DNA of 64,000 nucleotides from a bacterium (GTDB lineage Bacteria; Patescibacteriota; Dojkabacteria; JAKAPS01; JAJZLI01): NCBI GenBank assembly GCA_021810605.1, contig JAJZIL010000003.1, positions 214 to 64,213 of the forward strand, read 5' to 3'. Shown piece by piece: positions 20,648 to 29,333 of this stretch (position 1 is its first letter; each line of letters starts with the position of its first letter). The notes under the pieces were generated by a model. It saw only the letters and a program-made list of their open reading frames with translations, ran no database searches and was not told where the DNA came from. The position numbers and the translations under genes were made by a program.

Positions 20648-20981
20648 ATTCTATAGAAGACATTATTATAGTATTATCTCTATTATAATTATGAAGGTAT
20701 GTATAAGGAAAAAAGTTAAAACTAATAAAGACATAAACCCTTTAAAAGAAAGGATTTTAGCAATAAAAGAGGCAAATATAAAGGATATAAGGTTTGAAGA
20801 TAGTAATTTAGTAGAAGATTTATTTTTGAAAGGGAAGATGAAACCTAGATACAAAAGAGATATAACTAAATTCATATCCCTTATAAAAGCTTGTGAACTA
20901 CTAAATTTTCCTTTTAGAGAAAAATTTAATGATATTTTAATAGCAAATGAAGATGATATATCCAAAGGATACAATTTGTGA
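20637..20981 (+). CDS. hypothetical protein, divergent from the TOMM precursor promoter (real start probably at the internal Met near 20691)
   Basis: The ORF begins inside the palindrome; basic, soluble, with no recognised motif; overlapped by an antisense ORF considered spurious. Confidence 0.25.
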   Translation: MHGKFYRRHYYSIISIIIMKVCIRKKVKTNKDINPLKERILAIKEANIKDIRFEDSNLVEDLFLKGKMKPRYKRDITKFISLIKACELLNFPFREKFNDILIANEDDISKGYNL

Positions 20982-21048
20982 CTTAATGGGATGATTATAG
21001 AACTTTTATATCTTTTACTCCCACTATATTTATCATAGAATATAAAGA

Positions 21049-21534
21049 TTATTCAATCTTTTCTACTTGAGGAAAATTTACTGTGTAAGCTGTTGGATAT
21101 ATATTATATTTTATTCTAAAAATTAAAAAATTATTTTGAATACCCTTTCTTTGAGAATCCACTTCTAATTTCCTTATCCAATATTCTTCTGTATCTATTG
21201 ACCAATTTCTACCTCCTATAAATATTATAGATAATATATTTTTATATTTCTTCTTTATATTATAAAAAACATTTTTATGATTCTTTTCTACATGATCTGC
21301 TCCTAATAATATTATTCCTTTTCCCAATTTTGATATTTTCATGATCTCTTTTGATATATATTCTACTCTTTTATCTTGAGCTTCCTGTGTATACCAATTA
21401 TCAAAAGAATTTTCTGGCATTTCTATTCCATAAATTTTGAGATTCTTTCTTTTTGCTATTTTTATTAAGGTTATAATAGAATCTGGAGAAAATCCTGGAA
21501 AATCTTTATATACTCTTTTAAGATATATTGCCAA
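21049..21534 (-). CDS. hypothetical protein, possibly the C-terminal part of a gene continued upstream (about 21548..21724) after a frameshift
   Basis: A 58-aa coding-like segment (MYKQNIINLKNLFKKNDIIFFGDDHDMNQGRDWLSKELLNLDNIKYLGLEYIDTSQQ) ends 14 bp before this ORF starts. Confidence 0.3.
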   Translation of the reverse strand: MAIYLKRVYKDFPGFSPDSIITLIKIAKRKNLKIYGIEMPENSFDNWYTQEAQDKRVEYISKEIMKISKLGKGIILLGADHVEKNHKNVFYNIKKKYKNILSIIFIGGRNWSIDTEEYWIRKLEVDSQRKGIQNNFLIFRIKYNIYPTAYTVNFPQVEKIE

Positions 21535-21879
21535 TTTATTATATTCAGAGTTATTAATTATTGCTGAGATGTATCTATATACTCAAGTCCCAAATACTTA
21601 ATATTATCTAAATTTAAAAGTTCTTTAGATAACCAATCTCTTCCTTGATTCATATCATGATCATCTCCAAAAAAGATAATATCATTTTTTTTGAATAAAT
21701 TTTTTAAATTAATAATATTTTGTTTATACATTATTTTTATAAATACAATTAAGGAGAGATATTAATCCTTTCCTTATATATAAAATATCAATATATAGTA
21801 TCTCTTTCAATCATTATACTGTATACTTATATTGGAAAAAAACAAATGTTTAAAAAGATTAAATAAATATGAATCTATT

Positions 21880-22843
21880 TATATTTAAATCTTCTGCAAA
21901 TTCTTTATTATGAGAAACAATTAGTAGTGCTCCTTTTCTGGAAGCTTTCTCTGATTTAAAATTATTATTTAATTTAGCGTTATCTTTAGGGGTTCTCCCC
22001 TTTCTTTGTGACTCTTCTTTTTTTGTTTTAATTTTTTCCTCAAGACTTTTAATATGCTTTATTCTTTATGTGTATTCTCGGAGTTCTGATTCATGGTTTT
22101 TCTTTTTTATTTGAAGATATTCATCATATTTACAAGAATATTTTTTAACTCCCTTATCTCCTCCTATTAATTCAATAATCCTATTACAGTATTATTTAAA
22201 AAAATACTATTATGGGAAACTATTATAAACCCTGCCTTAGAATTATGTATAAATTTTTCTAATATGGTAACTCCTTCAATATCTAAATTATTAGTGGGTT
22301 CGTCTAATAGAATTAAAGCTTGTTTACTTGTGATAATACAGCAGATAAAGCAACTCTTGTTTTTTGACCTCCAGATAAATCTCTTATATATGTATCTGGA
22401 GAAATATCCAATCCAACATTGTGAAGGGATTTATGTAATCGTATTTCAAAATCAGCAACACCTAAACGTTTATATTTATTAAAAATATCTTCATATATTA
22501 ATAATTGTTTTGAATTTGAGTTTTCTGATAATGATTCACAAGATTCATTAAATTTTTCTTTGGTTTCTTTGACACCAGTAAACTCTGCGATAAAATCATA
22601 CACTGTATTATCTATCCATTTGTTTAAATCTTGAGGCATTAATGAAATTTCTATCTCTTTTGTTTTAACAATATTCCCCGTTGAATGTGGGTTCTCTCCT
22701 GAGATCGCCTTTAATAACGAACTTTTACCAACTCCATTATCTCCAATTAATCCCACCTTATCACCTGAAATTATATCGAAACTTACATTCGAAAATATCG
22801 AGCTATTATCAATTTCTACTCCTAAATTTTCTATACTAAGCAT
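21880..22843 (-). pseudogene. ABC-F family ATPase, disrupted and truncated
   Basis: N-terminal NBD intact to LSGGQKTRVALSAVL. A frameshift follows, then ILLDEPTNNLD...IVSHNS in another frame, then IELIGGDKGVKKYSCKYDEYLQIKKK linker and a ...LLIVSHNKEFAE tail in further frames. The second NBD is largely missing. Confidence 0.5.
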
Positions 22844-22905
22844 ACTTTATACTTTTTTATCGATTCTTATAACTCTACTTTTTTTAAACATTATTCTTTA
22901 ATTCC

Positions 22906-23391
22906 TTATATTCCATATTTTTCCACTTCAGATATCTCTTCACCATTTAATAATATATTTATTAAAAATTTTGTCTCATAATAATTATCACTTATATGAA
23001 TAATATTATTCACAGTTTTTTTATAAATTCTTTTTTTATCAAAATCAGATATTTTTTCATGAATGATAGCAGTATCTAAAAAGATACCTCTGACCCCAAT
23101 GGGATCAGATATAATTTGTTTTTGAGGATTTAATAATTTTTGTTGTCCCTTAAATTCTCTTAATGACCTATCTAATATTACTTGCTCTCTTTCGTAAGCT
23201 ACTATATAAAATATCCATCTATTGAAATATAATCTATTTAAAGTCTCATAATGATTCCTATTGATTTGATCTTTATAAGATATATTTATAAATTTATTAA
23301 ATAGATTAATATCTTTTTTAAAATTAATTATTTTTGTTTTACAAATAATTACTTTTGACAAACAATTTCTTGTTTCTTCTGAAATATTCAT
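22906..23391 (-). CDS. nucleoside-diphosphate-kinase-like protein; N-terminal segment appears split off by a frameshift (about 23393..23548)
   Basis: DPIGVRGIF...NNIIHISDNYYE aligns with NDK PGTIRGDF...NxIHGSDS. The upstream fragment MNEYFPREQIESKEDIIYNSFGIIMIKPYALEKGFDIIISDLL resembles the NDK N-terminus (IKPD) but is in a different frame. Confidence 0.3.
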   Translation of the reverse strand: MNISEETRNCLSKVIICKTKIINFKKDINLFNKFINISYKDQINRNHYETLNRLYFNRWIFYIVAYEREQVILDRSLREFKGQQKLLNPQKQIISDPIGVRGIFLDTAIIHEKISDFDKKRIYKKTVNNIIHISDNYYETKFLINILLNGEEISEVEKYGI

Positions 23392-23550
23392 TTCATTATA
23401 TAAAGGATTTCAATGTTAGACAATAAATCAGAAATAATAATATCAAATCCTTTTTCTAAAGCATATGGTTTTATCATGATAATACCAAAACTATTATATA
23501 TTATGTCTTCTTTAGATTCTATTTGTTCTCGTGGGAAATATTCATTCATA

Positions 23551-25350
23551 CTAAGTGTTGTTAAAGTGCTTTGCTTGAGTATTATATAGTTTATAATAAT
23601 ATCCCTTATTCTTCATTAACTCTTCATGATATCCTTGTTCAACAATTTCACCATGATTTAAAACTATTATTTTTTGTATATATTTTATTATAGTGAAATT
23701 ATGTGAAATAATTAATGTTGTTTTATTTTTAATATACTTATATATTTCCTTAAATATTTTATCTTCAGATAATTTATCAATTGCAGATGTAGGCTCATCT
23801 AGTATAACCAAATTAGAATCCTTAAATAAAAATCTAGATATAGCAATTTTTTGTTTTTGTCCTCCAGAAAGATTGGTTCCCATATAAAACTCATTATCTA
23901 AGAATGTTTCATATTTATATTTTAAAGATTTAATATCTTTATCTAGAGTGCTTTTCATGGTGGTGCTTTTCATAAGATTAATGTTATTAATATTTTTTAT
24001 ATTTGAAATTGCAATATTTTCTTTTATTGAAAACCAAAACAATGAATATTCTTGAAATAAACTTCCCCATAATCTATAGTAACTCTCCAAATTTATATCT
24101 TTAATATTATAATTATCTATAAGTATTTCTCCTTCTGTAACATCATAAAACCTAGCTAAAAGTTTTACTATTGTACTTTTTCCTGCAGCATTAACACCTA
24201 CTATTGCAATACTTTCACCTTTATTAATCTTAAATGAAACATTTTTTAATACATATTTATGAGATTTAGGATATTTAAATGAAACATTTTTGAATTCTAT
24301 GCTTGGACTTTCATTTTTAAGTTTATAATTTTTATTTACCTTTATAACTGTCTGTATATTTAAAAGATCTCTATAATCTTGAGAATAATTTATATCATTA
24401 ATTATAATAGAACTTGCATACTCTATATGTGATAAATTACTAATAATAGTATTTAAGTTCATTATATAAAATGAATATAGACCAATTGATAAATATTTAT
24501 TTAAGACTTGTAATATTATCCATATTTGAATAATTCCAAAAATTATAGAATCTAAAATATAAGATAAAGATAAATACTTTGTTTTTGATCTAGATTTAGC
24601 TAGATATTCTTTTTGGAAAACTTTATTATGATACTTATACTTCTCTATTAAATACTTATTTATATTATAAATTTTAGCTTCTTTTCCTGAATTTAAATTC
24701 TGTAAGGCATATTTAGATTTAGATACATGTATTTTATTTTCTCCTTCAGTTTTCCATATGTTATACATTTCATTTCCATATTTTTTATCTATTATAAAAT
24801 TAATTATTATAGGTATAATAATTAACATAATAAATACAGGATTGAGTGTTAAGAATATTCCAGCAATTACCAATAAACCTGCAAGATTTAATATTAGATC
24901 GGGGATAGTATTTAATACTAAAGTTTTGATATTTTTATCTATACCTACTTCTACTTTATGATAAAGCAAAGAAATAGTTTGATCTTCTCTCTGTTGAAAA
25001 TCTAAAGAAGATATTTTTTCTAAAAATTTAGCCCCATGTATTATATCCCATTCAGAATTTAATTTTACAATTAAATAATGATTTATCTCAGAGGTTATAT
25101 TAAAGACTAATCTTAAAATTATAGATAATATTATTAGCGTTAAAATATAATCTGTAAGTATTGTTATATGATGTGCTAATGAATAAATAAGTGAATTAAT
25201 TATGAGAGATATTATAAATGTTATTGCTATAGGTATTAATTCATCTATTATAGAAATAAAATTTCTTAATAAATAAAATACAAATGAGGTTTCAAATCCT
25301 AATCTTATTGTCCACCAAAATAAATTTATCTTATTAAAAAACTTAAACAT
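23551..25350 (-). CDS. ABC transporter, fused permease/ATP-binding (exporter type, no C39 peptidase domain)
   Basis: N-terminal 6-TM domain; Walker A GVNAAGKST; signature LSGGQKQKIAISR; Walker B LVILDEPTSAID; located downstream of graspetide cluster 2. Confidence 0.8.
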   Translation of the reverse strand: MFKFFNKINLFWWTIRLGFETSFVFYLLRNFISIIDELIPIAITFIISLIINSLIYSLAHHITILTDYILTLIILSIILRLVFNITSEINHYLIVKLNSEWDIIHGAKFLEKISSLDFQQREDQTISLLYHKVEVGIDKNIKTLVLNTIPDLILNLAGLLVIAGIFLTLNPVFIMLIIIPIIINFIIDKKYGNEMYNIWKTEGENKIHVSKSKYALQNLNSGKEAKIYNINKYLIEKYKYHNKVFQKEYLAKSRSKTKYLSLSYILDSIIFGIIQIWIILQVLNKYLSIGLYSFYIMNLNTIISNLSHIEYASSIIINDINYSQDYRDLLNIQTVIKVNKNYKLKNESPSIEFKNVSFKYPKSHKYVLKNVSFKINKGESIAIVGVNAAGKSTIVKLLARFYDVTEGEILIDNYNIKDINLESYYRLWGSLFQEYSLFWFSIKENIAISNIKNINNINLMKSTTMKSTLDKDIKSLKYKYETFLDNEFYMGTNLSGGQKQKIAISRFLFKDSNLVILDEPTSAIDKLSEDKIFKEIYKYIKNKTTLIISHNFTIIKYIQKIIVLNHGEIVEQGYHEELMKNKGYYYKLYNTQAKHFNNT

Positions 25351-25373
25351 ATATTATTATATCATTAAAAATA

Positions 25374-26390
25374 TTAATAATTCTCTAAAAACTTAGCTAT
25401 CTCTAAAGATATAGAGAGATTAGTTGCATCTTCTATCCATAGATATTGTCCATTTGGGTTTATCTCTAAAAAATATATCTTCTCATCTTTATCTACTATT
25501 AAATCAATAGCAGAATAATTAAGCTTATAATATTTATTTATTTTTAATAATATATTTTTAATTTCTTTAGAAAGTTCACATGCTTCATAGGTTAAATTTT
25601 TATAGTCAGTCCTGAAATCTATTTTAGATTTTTCTGAATGAGAAAATATTTTTACAGCAAATATTTTTTTACCTATAATGGTCACTCTAATCTCATAAGC
25701 CTTGTCTATGAATTCTTGACATATTACAGGACAAGAATTTAAATTAATTTTTTTTATATTATCTATATTTGTTAACGTTGATTTTAATCCAATATTCTTT
25801 ATACCTAATTTTTGATTATTAAGACTTTTCATTATAAAAGATTTTTTAAAAGTCTTATATATAATATTCTTATTATTTGTTACTATTGTCTTTGGAACAT
25901 TTAAAAAATCACTATTATATTCAGATATAAGTTTAAGTTGTAATAATTTGTAATTTGATTTATCTATATCTGATATATTATTTACCCATTTTTTTATATT
26001 AATATTTAATATAATACTCTTAAAAAAATTATTTTTTTCTGAATTTACTATATGGTATAGATTTGGATCTTTTAAAAATTTCTCAGAGATTTCTATATAT
26101 CTAGGTTTTCTCCACCAACATATATCATAATAATCATTTTTTTTATTTTTGGTTTTAAATAAATATGTATTTTGTTGATTTACTTCAACAAAATAACCAT
26201 TATCTTCTAGAATTTTCATTCCAATTATATCAATGTCAACTTTATCTTTATCAATAAAGCTTAATACTCTTTTTACATGTACATCAGATTTTTCTGAAAT
26301 AATTAAAATTTTTTTCTTATTTTCTAATTTATTCATTTTCAATAATTTTAAGTAAGACGCTATAAGCTTATTAAATCTTCTTCTAAACAA
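25374..26390 (-). CDS. RiPP (graspetide/microviridin-type) ATP-grasp ligase
   Basis: Paralogous to the C-terminus of 11869..13689 (DICWWRKP, SHSEKSKIDFRTDY, LNYSAIDL, FLEINPNGQYLWIE); RimK-like ATP-grasp features. Confidence 0.65.
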   Translation of the reverse strand: MFRRRFNKLIASYLKLLKMNKLENKKKILIISEKSDVHVKRVLSFIDKDKVDIDIIGMKILEDNGYFVEVNQQNTYLFKTKNKKNDYYDICWWRKPRYIEISEKFLKDPNLYHIVNSEKNNFFKSIILNINIKKWVNNISDIDKSNYKLLQLKLISEYNSDFLNVPKTIVTNNKNIIYKTFKKSFIMKSLNNQKLGIKNIGLKSTLTNIDNIKKINLNSCPVICQEFIDKAYEIRVTIIGKKIFAVKIFSHSEKSKIDFRTDYKNLTYEACELSKEIKNILLKINKYYKLNYSAIDLIVDKDEKIYFLEINPNGQYLWIEDATNLSISLEIAKFLENY

Positions 26391-26445
26391 TAGAACAATT
26401 ACGTCTTCTTTATATTTTTAATGTAATTTTTTCTTATTTTAATAA

Positions 26446-27153
26446 TTATATTACTAATTCTTTTGCAATAGATCTCATTGACTCTCGAATTAATTTTACT
26501 TCTTTATCTTTTATAGCAATAATATTTTGATTACTATATTGTACTCCAATTTTAGAAGGAGATTTTTTCCAATTAACTATTATAGTGTTACTAGAAATAT
26601 TAGGATTTTCTAATTTTTTATAAATTACGCCAAAATAGATATTATCAGTATATTTTTTTGCCAAATTTTTTGCTATTTTTAATGTTAATCCAGATACAAT
26701 CCAATCATCAATAAAGAGAATCCTCAATGAATGCCTATCTAAATCACTATTTTTAGATATTTTTATAAGATTTAATATAATATCATTAAATCTTTCTTCT
26801 AAATAACTATAATATTCTAATTTAAGATACATAAAGTGTATTTTATGATCAATTGTAAGAAAGGGTTTATTATTGTTCATTTCTTTCCAAGTATAATAAG
26901 TTGCTAAACTAAAAAGCCTTCCTCCTGTATCACATCCTATTATTATTTGAGGCTTAACTTCTTCAATAAATTTACTTAAAGGTATCGATAACACTAGAAG
27001 ATCTTCTGGATTTAAATACTGAGAGTATTTTAAATTATCAGGTTCTCTTTTTTCTTCAATATTAAACTCTTTATATTCTTTCTCTAAAGTATTTCCAAAG
27101 ATTATATTTACACCATCAAATTTTTGTGTCTTATAATAAAAATCAGTCTCCAT
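26446..27153 (-). CDS. phosphoribosyltransferase-fold protein of unknown role in the graspetide cluster
   Basis: IIIGCDTGGRLFSLATYY and RILFIDDWIVSGLTL resemble the type I PRTase PRPP-binding loops. Confidence 0.35.
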   Translation of the reverse strand: METDFYYKTQKFDGVNIIFGNTLEKEYKEFNIEEKREPDNLKYSQYLNPEDLLVLSIPLSKFIEEVKPQIIIGCDTGGRLFSLATYYTWKEMNNNKPFLTIDHKIHFMYLKLEYYSYLEERFNDIILNLIKISKNSDLDRHSLRILFIDDWIVSGLTLKIAKNLAKKYTDNIYFGVIYKKLENPNISSNTIIVNWKKSPSKIGVQYSNQNIIAIKDKEVKLIRESMRSIAKELVI

Positions 27154-27184
27154 AATAATCTTAAAGTAAGTGGCTTTAAATTTA

Positions 27185-27319
27185 TTAAAGCCACCCTATA
27201 GGCCATTAAATATTATCTCTATCATCATATGCTGTATATGTCTCTTCTCCATTAGTTATTTCTTGAATCTCAGTATCTTGAATCCACTCTAATGGATTAA
27301 CTTCATTTAATGTTTCCAT
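27185..27319 (-). CDS. graspetide-type precursor peptide (44 aa)
   Basis: Hand translation METLNEVNPLEWIQDTEIQEITNGEETYTAYDDRDNINWPIGWL*. Leader shares METL...P(L/I)EW(I/L)xD with precursor 1; core rich in Thr/Tyr and Asp/Glu with no Lys; SD GGAGGTGATTATATT-ATG; operator upstream. Confidence 0.5.
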
Positions 27320-27382
27320 AATATAATCACCTCCTTCTTTTTTTAATTAATTATATTATATTGCTTATTAATAATTTTGTCT

Positions 27383-27398
27383 TTGCTATACATGGCAA
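27383..27398. promoter_or_regulatory. operator-like near-palindrome TTGCTATACATGGCAA upstream of precursor 3
   Basis: About 64 bp upstream of the ATG; embedded in the conserved cttattaataattttgtctttgctata block. Confidence 0.5.
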
Positions 27399-27599
27399 AT
27401 CTCCATTTTACATTGATTTAAAAGAATAATTTTGAGGTATAAATTTACAAATTTATAATATTGTCTCTGGGTATCGTAGACGAAGTTAGAACATTTATAA
27501 AATTAAATCCTTCTTAATATTTCTAAATATTCTTTATTCGTAAGTCTAAGTAATATTATATTTTTCTCAATCTGAAACCTATACTAATAAATTTTATTT

Positions 27600-28205
27600 T
27601 TATAGGTGTGATATATTATTTAAAAATTTTATCCTATATTGGAATGAAGAATTATTTTTATACATTTCTATTTCACTTATAGAACAATTATCTATCTGTA
27701 ATTTTAATATTGATTCTTTTATTTTCATACCTAAAATATAACCTAAAAAAATTTTTAAATATCCTCCATGTGAAACCAATAGGATAGTTTTATCTTCACT
27801 ATATATTCCATTTTCCAGTTTCCTTATAAATTTTCTAACTCTTGCTCTTACCATAAGTAAATTTTCTCCACCTGGAGGAGTTCTACTTATAAAAGAACCT
27901 TTGATACTATCCCAATTAATACTATTATTACTTTTTCCCACAAATTTACCATTATTTTTCTCCCTAATTAAAGTTTCATAATATACATCTAGATTCAGAT
28001 ATGAATTTATTATTTCTGTTGTCATCCTACATCTTTTTATATCACTTGAGATGATATATTCTATATTATAATTTTTTTAATTTTTTAGATAAATTTACTA
28101 CTTGAATATATCCTTTATCATTAATTTCTCCTTCATCATGACCTTGAATAATATTATTTATATTATGATTCGTTTGTCCATGCCTTGTGATTACTATTCT
28201 CATAT
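27600..28205 (-). pseudogene. histidine phosphatase (phosphoglycerate-mutase-like) gene with a frameshift in a poly-A run
   Basis: The N-terminal part MRIVITRHGQTNHN...KKLKKL* (RHG motif) ends at a stop. It continues in another frame as NIEYIISSDIKRCRMTTEII...PPGGENL...LLVSHGG (ORF 27600..28025), with the break around 28040-28055. Confidence 0.5.
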
Positions 28206-28433
28206 ATTTTCTATATTATATAAATTTAATTTTTTATGTACAATATTAACATATCTTTTATCTATAAAATTATTATTTTCTAATATATAAGACAAAGTAT
28301 TAATTTTTATATTTTTATTTTTTGAAGCAATTTCTGAGCCTATATATTTTCCTCTTATATTATTATAGTATTTTAAACATTATTATATAATTAGTTAAAT
28401 AAAAATGAAGTCATTCGTTTATACTTTTGAGTG

Positions 28434-29279
28434 CTATTCCTGTTTTATAGAAGAAACTGTCCATTGGACATATTTTATCATATTATTTTGTAAGCAGTCA
28501 TTTGGTCTTTCTTCATAATCTCCAAATAAAATACCTCTTTGTTGTCTTATAAAAATGTCTTCTTTGACATCAATTGAGAGTTTATCCCACCAAAGTGGAG
28601 AAAAATAGGTATTTTCAAAAAACTCAAAAGTGAACCTACATATAGCATCAGGTTTATCTTTGTCGGAAAATTTTAATAAAGAAGCTATAAATTGATTATT
28701 AATAGTACTTTCCCCTATCCAACTAAAAATAATAGCTCCACCTCTATTTGTTTTAATAATTGAAAAAGTAATAATATCTGGAATAATATTTAATGTATTG
28801 AAATCTTGTAATTGATTCCCATCAAAATCATACTCTGGAAAAATTGCTCCACTACATAAAAACTGAGGGAAATCTTTTATTCTAATTGTAATGTAATGAT
28901 AATCATCAAATGTTTTTTCTACCAATAGTTTATCATAATAAACTTTTATATTATTAAATGATTTTAATCCACACTGTATTCCCATTATATATTCTCGCAT
29001 TACTGCCTGTTCTTCAGCTTTCAGAATAGCCCCTCTCTTATTAAAAGATGTTTCAGTCAATTCAAGTTGAGATTTTTTTAAAAATAATTCTTTACATATA
29101 GCACGATATCCAAGCAAGAATGCATGCTCTTTATTATCCTTAAAATCATTAGATTCAATAGGTTTAAAAAGAATATTGTCATGATATTTACAGAATCCTG
29201 TAAATGTTGAGGCTTCATTAATCCCTATTGGTCTTAACTTTACTAGATTTCTATCATTTTTATATGTAAATTCAGACAT
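28434..29279 (-). CDS. hypothetical protein; in-frame continuation of the upstream SEC-C ORF across a TAG
   Basis: Reading through TAG at 29331-29333 gives ...[35 protein letters not shown]... in one frame. Confidence 0.35.
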   Translation of the reverse strand: MSEFTYKNDRNLVKLRPIGINEASTFTGFCKYHDNILFKPIESNDFKDNKEHAFLLGYRAICKELFLKKSQLELTETSFNKRGAILKAEEQAVMREYIMGIQCGLKSFNNIKVYYDKLLVEKTFDDYHYITIRIKDFPQFLCSGAIFPEYDFDGNQLQDFNTLNIIPDIITFSIIKTNRGGAIIFSWIGESTINNQFIASLLKFSDKDKPDAICRFTFEFFENTYFSPLWWDKLSIDVKEDIFIRQQRGILFGDYEERPNDCLQNNMIKYVQWTVSSIKQE

Positions 29280-29333
29280 GAATGTATAGACATGTCCATT
29301 TTGTGATATTGTAGTAAGACCGCCTCCTCCACG

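Noticed and set aside
20666-20974. 102-aa minus-strand ORF
   Set aside because: It is fully nested antisense to the 20637..20981 ORF, with hydrophobic low-complexity translation. At most one of the two is real and neither has homology signals, so the plus-strand one is kept only as low-confidence.
22264-22482. 72-aa plus-strand ORF
   Set aside because: It lies antisense to the ABC-F pseudogene.
23693-24961. Two short plus-strand ORFs (23693..23887 and 24758..24961)
   Set aside because: Both lie antisense within the ABC exporter gene.
28102-28290. 62-aa plus-strand ORF
   Set aside because: It lies antisense to the N-terminal RHG-motif part of the frameshifted histidine phosphatase gene.
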